Positions 1-12,751 of a DNA stretch of 64,000 nt are shown here, piece after piece. The position numbers and the translations under genes were made by a program. The notes below the pieces were generated by a model that saw only the letters and a list, made by a program, of their open reading frames with translations, made no database searches and was not told the origin of the DNA. Each line of letters starts with the position of its first letter. Positions within the stretch are counted from its first letter, which is position 1. Source of the stretch: Geosiphon pyriformis uo1 (taxonomy: Eukaryota > Fungi > Glomeromycota). The stretch spans positions 441,622 through 505,621 of the forward strand of contig JAAOMT010000706.1 of NCBI GenBank assembly GCA_016748015.1, written 5' to 3'.

Positions 1-1350
1 AGAATATGTCATTTATGCAATATTAGACTAGCCAAATTTAAATGAGTTTGTACAAGCTGATAAAGTAAAAAACAGTCTATTTTGATTAATAATGTATTTA
101 ACATTTATAAACATAGCAGAATTTAATTAAAAATTTTTTTTGAAAATAACAGTTTCGTATGTTTCAACATATTTTGAAAACTTAAAAAAAAACTTTATTT
201 AAATGTAAATTTATTTTTCACACTTTTTATATTATAATTTTATTGATATAAATTAAAAATCTAATGTTAATAACATAATATTGAGTCTGATTTTATTAAA
301 TAATTGTTTAATTAAATTTGGGTTTATACTTTTTATTTTTTTTAACGAGTGAAGCCCAACCACTATTTACTACAATACAGCAAGAGATATGTTCTAAAGT
401 AAACGTGACTCATACACACATAATAATCAAATTAATTTATATAATAATTGAAGCTATTTTAAATAATTATTTTAGCATACAAACAAAAAATATTTTAATA
501 ATTAAAGTAACTAGCAAAAAGTTATTTAAAAATATAAAAATTTGGGGCAATTAATTGGGAATAAAGATAAGTCTGCAATTGTTTTTTTAAAAAAAACTAT
601 GATTTCTCATTGGAGTTATGGTTATATTAATATGTTATGATGACATTAATGGTTTAATAATTGGTTTTAATTATAATATCAATGACTTCATTTTCAATTA
701 AATTTAGTTAAAAAATCTAATCAAACAAAGCCGAAATTTGTGGTTTAATTTTAAAAAATCACTTATTTAATCAAATGCTCAACTCTAAAAGGATTTTAAA
801 CTTGAATGTAAAAATTGGAAACTGGAAGAAAACATACGTTTTTCTGGCTGAAAAAAATAAAAGTTGCACTGTCTTCCATAGATAAATAAAAATGAAAACC
901 CAATTTTTCAAAGATAAATATTCAGTTGGTCCTATTGTTCTTTGTTATTCTCTCAAAATTTTATCTTTTCATTGAAACAATTAAAACGACAAAATCCTAT
1001 ATCAAATATTTTAAACAGTACTCAATGCAGATACTTTATGTTCCAGCTATAATAACCATAAAACACGTAATTTATTTATAGAAATGGCCATTGAAATTTT
1101 TTTAACTTATGTCTGTTTTTAACTCAAATAACAATTTTTATATTATGACTCGGAAATATTTTTCTACAAAATGCAAAAATATATACCTTGAAGATATTTT
1201 TAGCAGGAAAGAATATTTTAGGCTAGATCGAAATCTTGAATAATCATACACGGAGAAAAACTAAAATAAATATCGGACACATTTAAAAAGGGGGGCGAGT
1301 CTTGTGATTTTGATTGGTGTCAAAGTACTGACTTTTAATATAGTCCGTTC

Positions 1351-1468
1351 TTCTCCGAAAACTGTAATAGTTGATGCCCGTTTTTTCTGAAAACTGAAAT
1401 AGTTGATTTCAGTTCAGCTTAACCCGGCAAGATTTCTCCGAAATTTGAATAGGAGATGTCGGTTTTTT
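1351..1468 (+). promoter_or_regulatory. Three degenerate copies of a ~33-bp CCG/CGG-containing motif (TTCTCCGAAAACTGNAATAGTTGATGYCCG) upstream of the 78-aa ORF
   Basis: Copies at ~1351-1384, ~1385-1414 and ~1434-1468 form a CpG-rich patch in AT-rich DNA. They are retained in the inverted copy at ~33125-33245. A regulatory function is inferred only. Confidence 0.45.
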
Positions 1469-1664
1469 CAACCGCCAAGCCCAATTACATATAATTCTTC
1501 AATGAATTAGAGATAAGTTTTATTAAAAATATTTTATCCAAATACATATATAATGACTGCACGCGAGAACATTTTGATTCTCCATCTGTTTTATAAACAT
1601 TTCTAATTTGCCCTATAAAATTAGAATAATCATAAAATCAAAAACCAAAGTCTTGTTTTTTTCA

Positions 1665-1901
1665 ATGTCTCAATACGGTGAATCATTGGCCTCTAATCAA
1701 GGAGCATATACTCCCTCAAAGAGAAATATCTTCATTCAAAATGCAAGAGAAATTCAACAAACCACGAATATCTATCAACCAGCTAATCAATTAAGCAACC
1801 AACAATATATGTTTCTTGGAGAACGAAATCTTGATTTTAGTCGAAAAGAAGATTTAATGGAACCTACCTTCCATTTTTCATATATGCCCAAGAACCCTTA
1901 G
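1665..1901 (+). CDS. 78-aa microprotein, family member A (MSQYGESLASNQGAYTPS...NLDFS...TFHFSYMPKNP)
   Basis: ATG at 1665 lies inside track ORF 1608-1901. Same length as 49981-50217, with 42/78 ungapped identities. TATATAATGA at 1547-1556 is also present upstream of the paralog. Confidence 0.8.
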   Translation: MSQYGESLASNQGAYTPSKRNIFIQNAREIQQTTNIYQPANQLSNQQYMFLGERNLDFSRKEDLMEPTFHFSYMPKNP

Positions 1902-4900
1902 CTATTGCTCAATTATATTGTATATGAATATCATTTTTTGTGTCTTTGAAATATAAAAGTGTTTTTATAAGTTTTGATTGTTTCTCAAAATTCTTATTCT
2001 TTCTTGACTGCTGAACATCAGATTTGGATCTTCAACAAATTATTATTTTCATGGCCTTTTTAGAAGCTTTCACGAATTTATATTAAAGTTTTTTTAGAAG
2101 AATTTAGCTTTCTCATTTTGTAAGTTTAACTAAACTAAAAATTCTCTACTTTTCTAAGTTTCATTTTTTGGAATAAATCAATTCAAACATGGTAATCTAG
2201 GGAATTCTTTTATTTTTTAAGTTTTGAATTTAAATAACAATATTACACAAAGCCATTAACAAGTTTGCAATAACATTATTCACAAAAAACTTACTGCTTT
2301 GTGAATACAAAACATAACATAATCTAAATTGTATTATTTATGGTTGTGCTGCTTATTTAATAATTCAAATTTTTAATTAAACTAATATTATGTATTTTAA
2401 GCTTATATTTAATAAAAACTTTTTTTTGTTATTGAATTTAAATGCATAACAAAAATAATAAATACAAATAATATTATATTTTAATCATAAATTTGTTAAG
2501 AACTTATATTTGTAAAAAAAACTTTTGTATCTTAAAATTTAGTTCAATTACTCTTATTTTTGTTTTTTGTACTTTTTGTTTGATTACAACATTGAAGTTA
2601 TATTCTTAAAAAATTATTTATCCATTTTATAAATCTTTTTTATTTTTTTTATACAGAAAAAAGGCAAATATATTGGATTTTAAAAAATCTTTTTTTTTAA
2701 ATGGTTTTGTTTTTTTTGGTGTTGATACCTAAATGAAATTTATTATAATGTATAATAAATATTATAATAATTTGAACAACATTTTTCAGTTTATTATTAT
2801 TGATTCAAATATTTAAACTGAATACTACAAGTTATGTTATGTTTTTTCAAAATCCTTCTTTACAAGTTCAATTTAAAACAAATTTCTAAATAAATAATTT
2901 TTTAATATATATTTATTTCAAAGAAATAGTAAAATTTTGTGTTGAAAATAACACTATTAAAAATTACTTTATTAATGTTTTAAATAACTTTAATATAATA
3001 AATTTTGACTTTTTATATAAATTATAATTATTAATTATTTTTTAATATTTTAACAATAGTTGTTTTTTGGTAAACAACTAATTGTAACAACATTTTAATT
3101 AAAATAACATGTCTTTTAAATTTTATTTGTATTCAATTTAGTAATCTTTTTTTAAAAACTAATTGTATTTTATTTTTTATTATTAATCAAAGTATTTTTT
3201 TTTTTAAGAAAATAATACATTAACTATATAATATTTGTTAAACTTATTTTTTTTATATTTAGTATAACATGATGAAAGCAAAATTAAACAGTATTAGTTT
3301 TTAAGTATATTTAATAATGCAAAAAGTGTATTTATTTTGAGATGTTCAAAAATTAGTTCATGATTCACATATTTTTAATATGTTTATAATAAAAGTTTGA
3401 TGATATCAAATCTTAATTTAATTTTTGCAATTTACTTTTTGAAGTGGCAAATTTTAATTTTGTTATCAATCAATTTTAAGTCTAAAATTTCTTTATAATG
3501 TTTGTTATTTAAATCTTTTGATTAAAAAGTTCATCAACATACTTTGAATTTAATATGTAAGATCTCTAGTAAGAGTAAAAGACTTTTTTTCATATGATCT
3601 TTTACAATGTGATCAAACTTTTCAAAATTCAACTAATTTTTTTTTAGAATAATGGTAATTCTCTCAAGAAAAAAATTATCTATATAATATGTAGAATATT
3701 TTAAGTTTAATGAAATTTTCAAAAATGAAAAATTCGCTTAAAAATTCCAGAAAAATTCCAAAATTTAATTTTAATTAGAAAAGCATTACGATTAAACTTG
3801 AATTTTCTTTTGTCACAACTTTCAAAAATTTATTAATCAGTATGCTGATTAATGGGTTACATTAAAATTTTATTGTCAGACTATTAAACAAGAATCTATA
3901 AATAGGAAAAGTTCATTATTTGTGAATGAACAGAAAAATAATTATTTTTAATTCATGATGATAGAACATTGTTATCGCGATTAAATTTAAACTTTCCGAT
4001 CTAATGAGATAAACTTTTCCAATTTATAAATTGCATCTTAATATAGTGCATTGTATACTCCCCTGAATATGTTATATTTTAAGGTTAATTGGCTCATCTT
4101 ACAAAAAATTGAGTAACATTTTAAGAATATTAACTTTACAATTCAGGGTCATGATATGAAAAAAAAAATTGGAAAGTGTAAATCGGTGATGAGCAATTCT
4201 TTAATGTTCAAATTGATGTGAACACAATTTTGGGAATTTTTAATAGAGTTTGATCATTTAAATGCATGAAATTTTTTCTTAAACTCATTTATGACCAAGC
4301 CCATGACGTACCATGACAAATATTACCGCAACTTGCGTTTAAATTATTGAAAATTTAAACGTTGTCCCGCATGGAATTTACAAAATGATTTTAGCTGTTT
4401 CAAAAGGATATTAGATTCTAAAGATTTTTTAGAAATACTTTAATGGTACAAACGTTTCGTCTTGAGAGCTCTGTTTAAAATTTAAAGATATTTTCTTCTT
4501 ACTCCAAGAAATTTGGTAAATTATCTTTTATTTTACCAATTCAAAAAAGTTCTTAACTAATAAAATGCACCATTTTTTTAAATTATCTAATTCTCATAGT
4601 ATGTAGGTATGTTCTTTGAATTATAAGATTTCGATCTTCATCGTCAATGAAAAGGCAAGATCGTAGCTTCAAAAGACCTGCAATTATGTTACCAAATCTC
4701 TGACTCAGGACACAATTAAAGCTATGCACATACTTTTAAAACAAAAATTGTCAATCGTAACATTTTAAAGTCTAAAAAATGCTTTTATAGGATAACAAGC
4801 AAATGTTGATCGCAGTGGTTTATCAAAAATCATGATGAAACTACGACATGCATGCAATTAGCATTGATACTACCAACGTTGAGACAATATATACAGTGAT

Positions 4901-5909
4901 GCATCTCCACACCGGTCAAACTGTTACTGTTAAAGTTTTAACTTGTTGAACCAAAAATCTTTGTATCTTCATAACTTCTTTATTAGTCCTTTTTGATGTA
5001 AGTTTCGTAACTCACTCCGTTGCTTACCCAAATCTGATTTTCCTTACTGAGATTTTCAAGATCTTGTTCTAGTTTGGGAAATGGGATCTAGACTTAATTG
5101 GCGTGCAAAAGGAGATTTTAAGTACGCGATTTCAATTTATTTTCCGCGCCTTAATGTTCCAATTTTCTATATTTAAAACTCGAAAAGGCTTACTCAAATT
5201 TCGGGTTGCTCAATGCTTGCATACCGCTTTTTTTGTCGGTTGGCACAACGGCAAGGTCATTTCAAGATACAAATGTTTCCTAAGCATGACTAAGATCTTT
5301 AGACAGGTATTTTAAATGAAAATTTTAATTTTGAGATGTATTCTACTTGAAAATAAAAATAAAAAAAAAAGAGAAATAGACCTATGAAAAATGGGAATTG
5401 ATTTTTCAAAAATTTTAATTTCCCTCTTCCTAACACCAAAACAAAGATCTGGGTTCACGATCGAAGAGATTTGCTACTTTTTGAGAAATTCTGACCAAAT
5501 GATATTCACCAAAGTCAATTCTTTAAAGGACATTCATGGGAGACCTTACAATGTAACTCTAGTAATTATTGTCACCAATGAGAAAGATTTTCGGCAATCC
5601 TTTAGTGAAGTGCACAGGCCACAAGATTTTCCTGTAAAAATCGAAGTGGATCAATCTTAATAGGAGATAAAACTGCCAACTAGATGTACCACAAAGCTTT
5701 TTGGCCAGCTGAATATAAAAGAAGAGTCTTTTCTTGTTCAGGAGAGGATGCGAGAACGCCAGGAGAAACTTTTCCTGCAATTCGTATAACTAATTACCAG
5801 CTTGTGAAATAAAAAGTCAAAACTTTTAGATGCGGAGAAACTTTATTTAGTATCTTGTACATACATTATTCATGCACATCCTTTAGCTCGTTTAAAATTT
5901 TTTAAAAAA

Positions 5910-7340
5910 ATGCCTAAAGGGAGCTCACTCTCAAAAGATTTGGGCTTCGTCTTTAATAATCCTCGCTACAGCGACGTTCGTATAGTATGTGATCAGAATG
6001 AAGTACTTTTCGGTAGTCGAACAATTTTGGCAGCTCGTTCTGAAACATTCGACAGCATTTTATATGGGGTAAAGATTGCAGAAAGCTGTCTTCCATTCGA
6101 AATCTCCTTTCCAGACATGAAAGCTTCAGCGATGGAAGTGGTCCTCGAGTTTATTTACACTGGAAGTATGAGAGAAGAGTCGATTGAAAATCCTCTCGAC
6201 GCAATTGATGTATTTTATGCTGCAGAATATTTCCTTCTCCCAGATCTTCAAGATTGCGTTCTTAAGTATATAAAAGAATGGTTAAAAGAAAATGACCACA
6301 ATTTAGCAATTGAACTTTTAGAAAAAACCACCCAAAAAATCATTTCAACGTCCTCAGAAAACAAACTTCTAAATCTCTTGACTTCCCATATTGCTGCAAC
6401 ACCTTTAGAAGCTTTCGAGTTCGAATGTCTCACATTGACCAATCTACAAGTTTTGCTTTTGCACACTCTTAATAGTGAAACATACTTTGCTACTTCTGAA
6501 TACGATGTTTTGCGGTATATAATTTTTTGGGGAGCGAGCCAAATTTGCGAAGAAGCCATTTCCTTCTTTGAATCTAGATTACCTTTGTCAGAAATAGCGG
6601 AACAACAATCAATCCCTCTAACTATCGAATTCATTCATAATCCCCATGAACTCAATAAATTTTACGAATATCAAGCAGCAGTTATAAATATTGTCGCACC
6701 AATCCTTCGATATATTAATTTCGCCCTAATCGCACCCAATGTTCTTGCCAATGTCATTCACCCACTTGGAATTATCTCCACCCCAGTTCTTCTTGAAGCT
6801 TATCGATATCACGCAGGTTTTAAAAATAAGTCGAAAAATAGAAGAGGGGGTATTTCTTGCAGAATCGATGATCTTCGCTGGGATAACATGGCTTGTGGGC
6901 CAAACATTGAAATCCGTGATTATGGGACGCGAGTTCTTTGTACAAATAGCACGACCGTAGAATCAGTTCGTGGTGTTAATCTTTTATGGGGTAATGGGAT
7001 GTACGAGTGGGACGTAATTGTTGAAGAAAAGAGTAGGTGTGCCTGGATTGGTGTTTGTACTGAAAATGTTAATTTCTCTTCATATTTGGGTCGACAAGAA
7101 AATATCTATGTTTTTGGTTCTGATGGTCAAATTTGGAATTCTGGAAAGTCGCACCGTTATGCTAAACCATTTACTAAAGGAGCAACTATTACTGTGCATT
7201 TGGATATGACAAAAAGAACTTGTGCATTCTCGATCGACGGTGTTCGATATCCAGTGGCTTGGACGGATTTACCCGAAAAATTGTACCCTGCAGCCGCCAT
7301 TTGGAAATTCGGTAGACTACGAATCAAGCCTCATACTTGA
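5910..7340 (+). CDS. BTB/POZ (+BACK-like) and SPRY/B30.2 domain protein, 476 aa, intronless
   Basis: N-terminal YSDVRIVC...SRTILAARSETF...VVLEFIYTG...AAEYFLLPDL is a BTB pattern. C-terminal GMYEWDVIV...WIGVC...TITVHLDMTKRTCAFSIDG...LPEKLYPA is a SPRY pattern. Confidence 0.93.
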   Translation: MPKGSSLSKDLGFVFNNPRYSDVRIVCDQNEVLFGSRTILAARSETFDSILYGVKIAESCLPFEISFPDMKASAMEVVLEFIYTGSMREESIENPLDAIDVFYAAEYFLLPDLQDCVLKYIKEWLKENDHNLAIELLEKTTQKIISTSSENKLLNLLTSHIAATPLEAFEFECLTLTNLQVLLLHTLNSETYFATSEYDVLRYIIFWGASQICEEAISFFESRLPLSEIAEQQSIPLTIEFIHNPHELNKFYEYQAAVINIVAPILRYINFALIAPNVLANVIHPLGIISTPVLLEAYRYHAGFKNKSKNRRGGISCRIDDLRWDNMACGPNIEIRDYGTRVLCTNSTTVESVRGVNLLWGNGMYEWDVIVEEKSRCAWIGVCTENVNFSSYLGRQENIYVFGSDGQIWNSGKSHRYAKPFTKGATITVHLDMTKRTCAFSIDGVRYPVAWTDLPEKLYPAAAIWKFGRLRIKPHT

Positions 7341-7928
7341 ATAATTATTATTAACGAAACATAAGTTTTCAAAAAAAAACAATTTTAAGCAAGTTTTTTT
7401 TTTACAATTAAGATTTTTTTTTTAAGGTATTTTATGCTATCAACCAGGGCAATTAATTAAAAAAAATTAAAAGCATTTAAGGTGTGCGAGGTCAACATTA
7501 TTTTAGTTTCATATATAAATATATATATGAGTAATTTTTAGTTCATATCTACCCAAGAGAGAAAATAAGAAATGGAAATTTCCATAGCAAGAAATATTAG
7601 TAAACCTGTAAAAAAATCGAATTTTCAATTTTGAAATTAATAAATTTTTTTTATCTCTTTTGAACAAGTTTTTTAATGCATATTCTTCACTATGATATTG
7701 GAATTTCGATTTCCCTAATTATTCATTCATTTATTCATTCATTCATTCATTCACAAAATCAATTGCCGGTTTCAAAACAGAATGTTAAGGTAAAACATAA
7801 AAGACAAGTGATTTGGATATTTAGAAACATAAATTCAAGTTTAAAAGGCAAGATTTGAATTCCTATGACAAGAAATATTATTTCGATTCTAAAAAAGTGT
7901 TCCCCCGCTGAAATCAATGATTCCCCCG

Positions 7929-8935
7929 TTATTCATTCTCCCTTTTCATGTAAAACTTCTTATACTGGACCGCATATTCAGCCAAGATTTTTGGTCGAAT
8001 CATGTGCCAAGAACGATCACTAAACGGTTGAGTAGACCCCCAATTGAAGAAGCGATCCATCGAGTATCTGGTAAATCTCAAAATTACTTCCTCAAACTTT
8101 TTAGTACCATCATTATTTGTCTCAGCGGCCAATTCAGTCATCTTGGCGAAAATAGCTTCTTGACGAAGCTTTTGTTTTTCTCTTATTTCTTTTACACGAT
8201 CATTTAGCCAATTTTGACGATTGGCATTTCGAGCATGAGCGTCGCTCATGCGATTTCGAGTTTCGATTACCTGTTGATTGAACCATTTTGATTTTTCCTC
8301 GTCTGGGATGGTAAGGTATTCTTCATTGAATTTTTTCACTTGGGGAATCCAGAATTTTAGACCACCACGATCAAATGAGGGAAGACAGAGAAGGATATGA
8401 CTATTCATATTGAACATAGATTTCACCTCACGCACGCTTATCAAGATTTTGAAATTGAAAATATCATGAAACAAAAAAACAAGATTAATTTCAAATTTAA
8501 TATTTTGTAATGGGGAAAATTTGATTTAAAGCAAATAAAACAAGAAAATTACCCAAGCAGATTCTTGTTGAAACAAGTGGGGCAACATCGCACCATGAAC
8601 TCAAAATAAGGACGATATCCAAAGGTATATTTCTTGCCACACAGTTGACAATTTTTTTCGACAATCAATCTTATATATTCTAGTTCAGTAGTAGATGGCG
8701 GTGCTGGAAGTGAGTAATGTGGCAAGAAATTCTCTCTAGCTTGTTTCCAAACGAGGTTTGTCGAGGTAGAATTTTCTGATACTAAATATTGACGAAATGT
8801 ACGGCAAACACGAGCGAGGGTAAGAAGATCAATTGGGTGGAGATCTGTACAGATTTTGATAAAAATTTCGGGAGCGATAGTTGGGAATTTGGATGACGAA
8901 ATTTGAAAGCGGTGGGATTCAATAAAATTTGACAT
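7929..8935 (-). CDS. F-box protein, ~296 aa, exons 8935-8553 and 8436-7929
   Basis: F-box motif PTIAPEIFIKICTDLHPIDLLTLARVCRTFRQYL and Cys pairs CQLC/CPTC. A phase-2 intron GTAATT...ATAAG joins the two track ORFs in frame (GG+C=Gly). Confidence 0.88.
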
Positions 8936-10211
8936 TTTCGTAAATCCTCTTTGAAAAATTTTGTCGGTAAAAAAAAGTGTCTGAATATAGGTTCAAAAAA
9001 TTAATTAAGAACATTTTTTGAATGGTTCAATTTTTTTAACGATAAGATTGAATGATGAATTTAAAGTAGAACATGTGATGAACAAACCTCTTGTTAAAAA
9101 GTGAACAAATTCTGCCGACAAATTTTGATATTAAACATTCAACCCTTCTGGAGAAGAGGAGTTTTGGAATTGTTTACCAATTCAAGAATCTCGAAGTGCA
9201 GGTTTGTAACATAATCTGTATTCGATATGAATAAGTTATGTTCCGATGTAACACACTGGAGTGTTTGACAGGCAGGATTGTACAATGAGATCATGAATTT
9301 GATCATGTGTTGGTCAGTCGGGTGAAAAGTAGGTAGATTGCAGATATTGAAGGCAATGATCGTTTAATTAATGAACCGAGTGATCGAGTAAATTTTGATC
9401 AAGATTATTTATGGAAAAAAACAAAATTTCAGGATTAAAGAGATTTTGTTTAAAATTTACAAAATGATTATTAAGTGGGCCTGTTAAATATGGACTCATC
9501 AAGATTAAAAGTCATTTAAAACAATAGATTTTTAAATGATTACTCAGTTAGTCAATTGTAATCTTTGAAATGAAAATACATGGACTTTTTACGAATACTA
9601 TGTATATATTAAAAATATAAAATTCATCTAATAGATTCTTTAAAATATTCAAAAAAATTTTAAAATTTTTTTTATAAAAACTTTTTCTACAATTTTAATA
9701 ATAATTCTTTCTCATAAAAATCTTGTGATTTAGTAAACTCAAAGATATATTTTTTTCTTTTTACACAAAAAATTAAAGATAAACACATATAATATCATCA
9801 AGCGTTTTTCCCTACACATATACACATATACACATACACACATATACACATATACACACATATACACACACCAAGTTATATGTATCAAGCAATAAAATTT
9901 TTTTTTAAAAACTTGACAAAAAAAAAATTATTTTATAGAAAATTTGAACTCGAATAATTTATATAGACTTATTCAAAGACCTTTAGAAAATTTTTAAAAG
10001 TAAAGAGAAAAACTTTTTAAATATTCTAATTAAATAATATTTTAAATCAACTTTTGATTCAAAGAAAAAAAAAAATGTTGTTTAATGTTTGATTATATTT
10101 GAATATGTTTCAAGAAAAACGGTAAAATTGAAATTGAAATTGAAATTGAAATTTGAAAAATTGTTTATGTAAATGATATTTTAAGCTATTAAAAAATCAA
10201 TTTGAAATTCC

Positions 10212-10253
<42 letters not shown>

Positions 10254-10414
10254 TTATATTTATATTTATATTTATTTATTTTACAGTATTTTTATGGTTT
10301 AATTTATGTGAGACACATTATAGTTGGTTTTGTGTAAAATTTAAATTGATTAGCTAATATGGTATGCATTAAAAAATTATTTAAAGTTAAGTTTTTTTTT
10401 TTTTTTTTTTTTAA

Positions 10415-11106
10415 NNNNNNNNNNNNNNNNNNNNNNNNNNNNNNNNNNNNNNNNNNNNNNNNNNNNNNNNNNNNNNNNNNNNNNNNNNNNNNNNNNNNNN
10501 NNNNNNNNNNNNNNNNNNNNNNNNNNNNNNNNNNNNNNNNNNNNNNNNNNNNNNNNNNNNNNNNNNNNNNNNNNNNNNNNNNNNNNNNNNNNNNNNNNNN
10601 NNNNNNNNNNNNNNNNNNNNNNNNNNNNNNNNNNNNNNNNNNNNNNNNNNNNNNNNNNNNNNNNNNNNNNNNNNNNNNNNNNNNNNNNNNNNNNNNNNNN
10701 NNNNNNNNNNNNNNNNNNNNNNNNNNNNNNNNNNNNNNNNNNNNNNNNNNNNNNNNNNNNNNNNNNNNNNNNNNNNNNNNNNNNNNNNNNNNNNNNNNNN
10801 NNNNNNNNNNNNNNNNNNNNNNNNNNNNNNNNNNNNNNNNNNNNNNNNNNNNNNNNNNNNNNNNNNNNNNNNNNNNNNNNNNNNNNNNNNNNNNNNNNNN
10901 NNNNNNNNNNNNNNNNNNNNNNNNNNNNNNNNNNNNNNNNNNNNNNNNNNNNNNNNNNNNNNNNNNNNNNNNNNNNNNNNNNNNNNNNNNNNNNNNNNNN
11001 NNNNNNNNNNNNNNNNNNNNNNNNNNNNNNNNNNNNNNNNNNNNNNNNNNNNNNNNNNNNNNNNNNNNNNNNNNNNNNNNNNNNNNNNNNNNNNNNNNNN
11101 NNNNNN
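10415..11106. other. Assembly gap (N run) flanked by poly-T and poly-A tracts
   Basis: 692 consecutive N. Confidence 0.99.
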
Positions 11107-11107
11107 C

Positions 11108-11138
<31 letters not shown>

Positions 11139-12149
11139 GAAAAAAAAAAGAAAAAAAGTACTTTAATGGGTAAGAGGTTAAAACTGCTAAATATTGAAAT
11201 AGATGTGAAAAATAAAAGGTTATTAAAAATGGAATTAATTGATTTTCAAACTTGAGAAACATGTAGAAGAATTAAGTTTTTTAACTGGATTTAAAAATTT
11301 TCAATATTCAAGTTTCACTAATTATATATTTTCAATTTCACCAATAAAATCAATAGTTAAAAATATTTTTATAAAGGTTATCATCTTTTAAATCTTGAAT
11401 TATATTTTTAATTTTTCAGTTTTATTTTGACAAAGATATTTGATATTATCTTGTCACTATTTCATGAAAAACCATTGGAAATTTGTAATTTCTCTGATCT
11501 TTGTCACTATTCATGAAAAACCATTGGAAATCTATCACAACATTAAAAAACATTGAATCTGAGCTTTTTTCCATATTTACATTTTTCTAAATGTTTAGCA
11601 ATCGGGACAAACTTACTCGTATCCATATCTCGTTTCAAGGGTGTAAATTTCAAAGTTACCTTATAAATTATTTATCGTTATCAGTTATTATAATTAAAGT
11701 TTGTGGTTGTTTATCACACTCACTAAGCTTTTCGAATTTACCATTTTCGGAAAATTGTTTCTAAATATCCCCGATGCTGGCTAGTAAAACTTGATATCAG
11801 ATATTATTGTCACCGGAATTTTTTTTTTTGAAATGAGGATATTTAAAATTGTTCAAATAGAAAAAATTCAGAAGTCTGCCGATAATGGTAATAATCATTT
11901 TTCCTAATTAGGATTCAGTGATGGAGCTTTGAGACTCCGTCAACAACACGCACATTAAATTAAGATTTTTTTTTTCATTCAATAAAAAATTTGTAATAAA
12001 TTTAACCGCTTTTATGCGGACACATTTTTGAAAGTTCACTAAAAGTCACACCAAATTTACACATTAAAGATTAAAGATAACTAGGCTAAAGGTAAAATTT
12101 AAAAGGTAAAAACAAAATGTAAATAGTAAAGTGAAAATTTTAAAGTTTT

Positions 12150-12256
12150 TTCGTTTGTTCGTTTGTTCTTTCGTTCGTTTGTTCGTTCGTTTGTTCGTTC
12201 GTTCGTTCGTTCGTTCGTTCGTTCGTTCGTTCGTTCGTTCGTTCGTTCGTTCGTTC
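12150..12256. repeat. (TTCG)n microsatellite with TTTG variants
   Basis: Read directly. Lies just 3' of the minus-strand gene ending at 12294. Confidence 0.95.
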
Positions 12257-12293
12257 ATTCATTCCTTAGTTAGGATTATTTAATCTGTCAGTA

Positions 12294-12751
12294 TTATTCG
12301 GCAGAATTTCCTTTTGATTCTCTGTGCATGAATTGATCTGGGATCGATAAAGAGGTTTGACGAGATTTCATGTTTTTGGATGTACAATCCTGGGAGGGGA
12401 AATGATTTGTCAAACTTATTGGACTTTGACCGCAATACAGGTATATGTCAAAGGTATCTGGGAGAACGAGGGAATTCTGGCGAGAATCTTTATACCAAAA
12501 AGTTTCAAATATTGGTTATTTCTCATTTTTTGGGCACGAAAAATTTGCAAAAAATCTTTTTAAAAATAGAACTTACCGGTACATGATAGTTTACTATCTA
12601 CGAAAGATTGTTCCGAAGATAGATTAAGACTTAATTTAGGTATTTTTAAATTTTGTAATGGTCCTTTTCTCTTTTTACAAATGATTACTTCAGGTTCCTC
12701 TGATAAACAAATACCTACTGATGATGAGGTTTGTGTCATAGTTGAAGACAT
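12294..12751 (-). CDS. Small Ser-rich protein, 122 aa, with a CTDSRQNSLVLPDTF motif; exons 12751-12577 and 12487-12294
   Basis: Donor ACCG|GTAAGT, acceptor ATAAAG|AT. Exon 2 reads DSRQNSLVLPDTFDIYLYCGQSP...KSRQTSLSIPDQFMHRESKGNSAE*. Motif and intron phase are shared with the gene at 57279-57757. Confidence 0.75.

Larger units (their letters stand above)
13..3627. repeat. Left arm of a long inverted repeat (partner 31101-35087)
   Basis: Reverse-complement matches read directly: 13-70 vs 35031-35087; ~510-1890 vs ~32725-34070, near-identical over ~700-1783; ~2130-2370 vs ~32180-32450; ~3235-3627 vs ~31101-31490. Confidence 0.93.

Noticed and set aside
5391-5660. 89-aa ORF MGIDFSKIL
   Set aside because: No recognisable motif or paralog, and it starts inside an intron-like stretch. 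Left uncalled.
6248-7209. Overlapping or antisense track ORFs inside the BTB-SPRY gene (likewise within the F-box, carrier and GTPase genes)
   Set aside because: Shadow ORFs of real coding sequence.
10359-11255. 298-aa track ORF
   Set aside because: Artefact of the N gap and homopolymers.
11450-11533. ~33-bp direct duplication (TTGTCACTATT(T)CATGAAAAACCATTGGAAAT)
   Set aside because: A simple local duplication with no element between the copies.
12064-12258. NERTNERT ORF
   Set aside because: Translation of the (CGAA)n microsatellite.
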